Source: an uncultured bacterium (GTDB taxonomy: Bacteria; Bipolaricaulota; Bipolaricaulia; UBA7950; UBA9294). From it: a stretch of DNA of 50,860 nucleotides. The notes beneath the pieces were generated by a model. It saw only the letters and a list, made by a program, of their open reading frames with translations. It was not told the DNA's origin and made no database searches. The stretch is taken from positions 1-50,860 of the forward strand of contig CAJVYM010000003.1 in NCBI GenBank assembly GCA_913009415.1. The letters run 5' to 3'. The translations under genes and the position numbers were made by a program. Below are positions 50,190-50,860 of this stretch, in pieces. How positions within the stretch are numbered: the first letter of the stretch is position 1; every line of letters begins with the position of its first letter.

Positions 50190-50366
50190 ATGTCCGAGAA
50201 AGTGAAGGATCCCGTCTGCGGGATGGAGATCGAGAAGGAGAAAGCTGCGGCTACCAGTGACCATATGGGCCGCACCTACTACTTTTGTTCCGCTTTATGT
50301 AAGGAAAACTTCGACAAGGAGCCGATGAAGTACATGAAGATGGAGAAAAAGGGACACTGTTGCTAA
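50190..50366 (+). CDS. Small YHS-domain metal-binding protein
   Basis: KDPVCGM...YYFCS..C..NF..EP.KY, C-terminal HCC; SD GGAGG. Confidence 0.88.
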   Translation: MSEKVKDPVCGMEIEKEKAAATSDHMGRTYYFCSALCKENFDKEPMKYMKMEKKGHCC

Positions 50367-50379
50367 GCGGACGTCGGAT

Positions 50380-50410
50380 GCCGGGCCCTCAGGGGCCCGG
50401 CTGTTCATTT
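50380..50410 (+). terminator. Likely intrinsic terminator
   Basis: GCCGGGCCC-TCAG-GGGCCCGGC followed by TGTTCATTTT. Confidence 0.65.
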
Positions 50411-50609
50411 TCGGTCCTAAATGGAGCCTGTCCAGCAAACGATGTTCTGAGGCTAGGGTGAGCGAGGTGTCTTCGCTCTCTTCTTGTCCGTCCATCGTAA
50501 CTCTTAGACTCACATTTCCCACCCACAGAGACGACTTTCCAGCATTTTCCTGGTCGGTGGGGCAACCTCAGCATAGGCGGTTGCCCGTAGTAGATCACCG
50601 AGTGTGCCG

Positions 50610-50860
50610 TTACTCCTTTCCTCTGTTGCTTCTGTTTGACTTGCCTTGATCACGCCTGAGCTTCGCTAGCTCGATCGCCAGCTCAACCCATTTTCTAGTG
50701 AGTCCTCGGAATCTCCGGTGGTTATCGATCTTTCGTCTCACTTCAGGGACATCCTCCGGCCGCACGTACTTGGGGTGACCTTTGCCTGCATGGCTGTAGC
50801 TCAGCTGGTGGTAGATACCCCATGGAATATGCCCATCTTTCCTTATTCCACGGGGCGAAC
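50610..50860 (-). CDS. 3' part of a DUF6788-like small protein (often transposase-associated), partial
   Basis: Hand translation ...GIYHQLSYSHAGKGHPKYVRPEDVPEVRRKIDNHRRFRGLTRKWVELAIELAKLR..., open to the window end. Confidence 0.5.
   Translation of the reverse strand, partial: SPRGIRKDGHIPWGIYHQLSYSHAGKGHPKYVRPEDVPEVRRKIDNHRRFRGLTRKWVELAIELAKLRRDQGKSNRSNRGKE

Overview
A gene-dense stress, metal and cofactor region from a probably anaerobic, fairly GC-rich bacterium (taxon not determinable from the sequence alone). In order: a NikM-type ECF component with a NikR box; a methyltransferase-mccB-mccA reverse-transsulfuration operon; a fluoride riboswitch driving an operon of a dynamin-like GTPase plus two tandem truncated MutS-like ATPases; an AT-richer ModE-box island (ModE-like gene with an in-frame TAG, MoeA-like protein, orphan ECF S-component-like protein, stand-alone TiaS-like domain); a pyk-eno-pfkB cassette; a ~19 kb co-oriented oxidative/nitrosative-stress cluster led by a PerR-like gene; merR-merT/HMA-merA; mocA/xdhC; hgcC-like-arsM; a mobile-element pile-up (RAYT with terminal inverted repeats, an IS110 with a readable bridge-RNA region inserted at the RAYT end, IS21 and IS200 remnants); and copA-YHS with a CsoR-like operator. 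Best candidates for undescribed biology are the fluoride-riboswitch dynamin/MutS-pair operon, the TiaS-like/S-component module, and the IS110 bridge RNA whose guides match the RAYT end. All calls come from reading motifs by eye; no database searches or folding programs were run.
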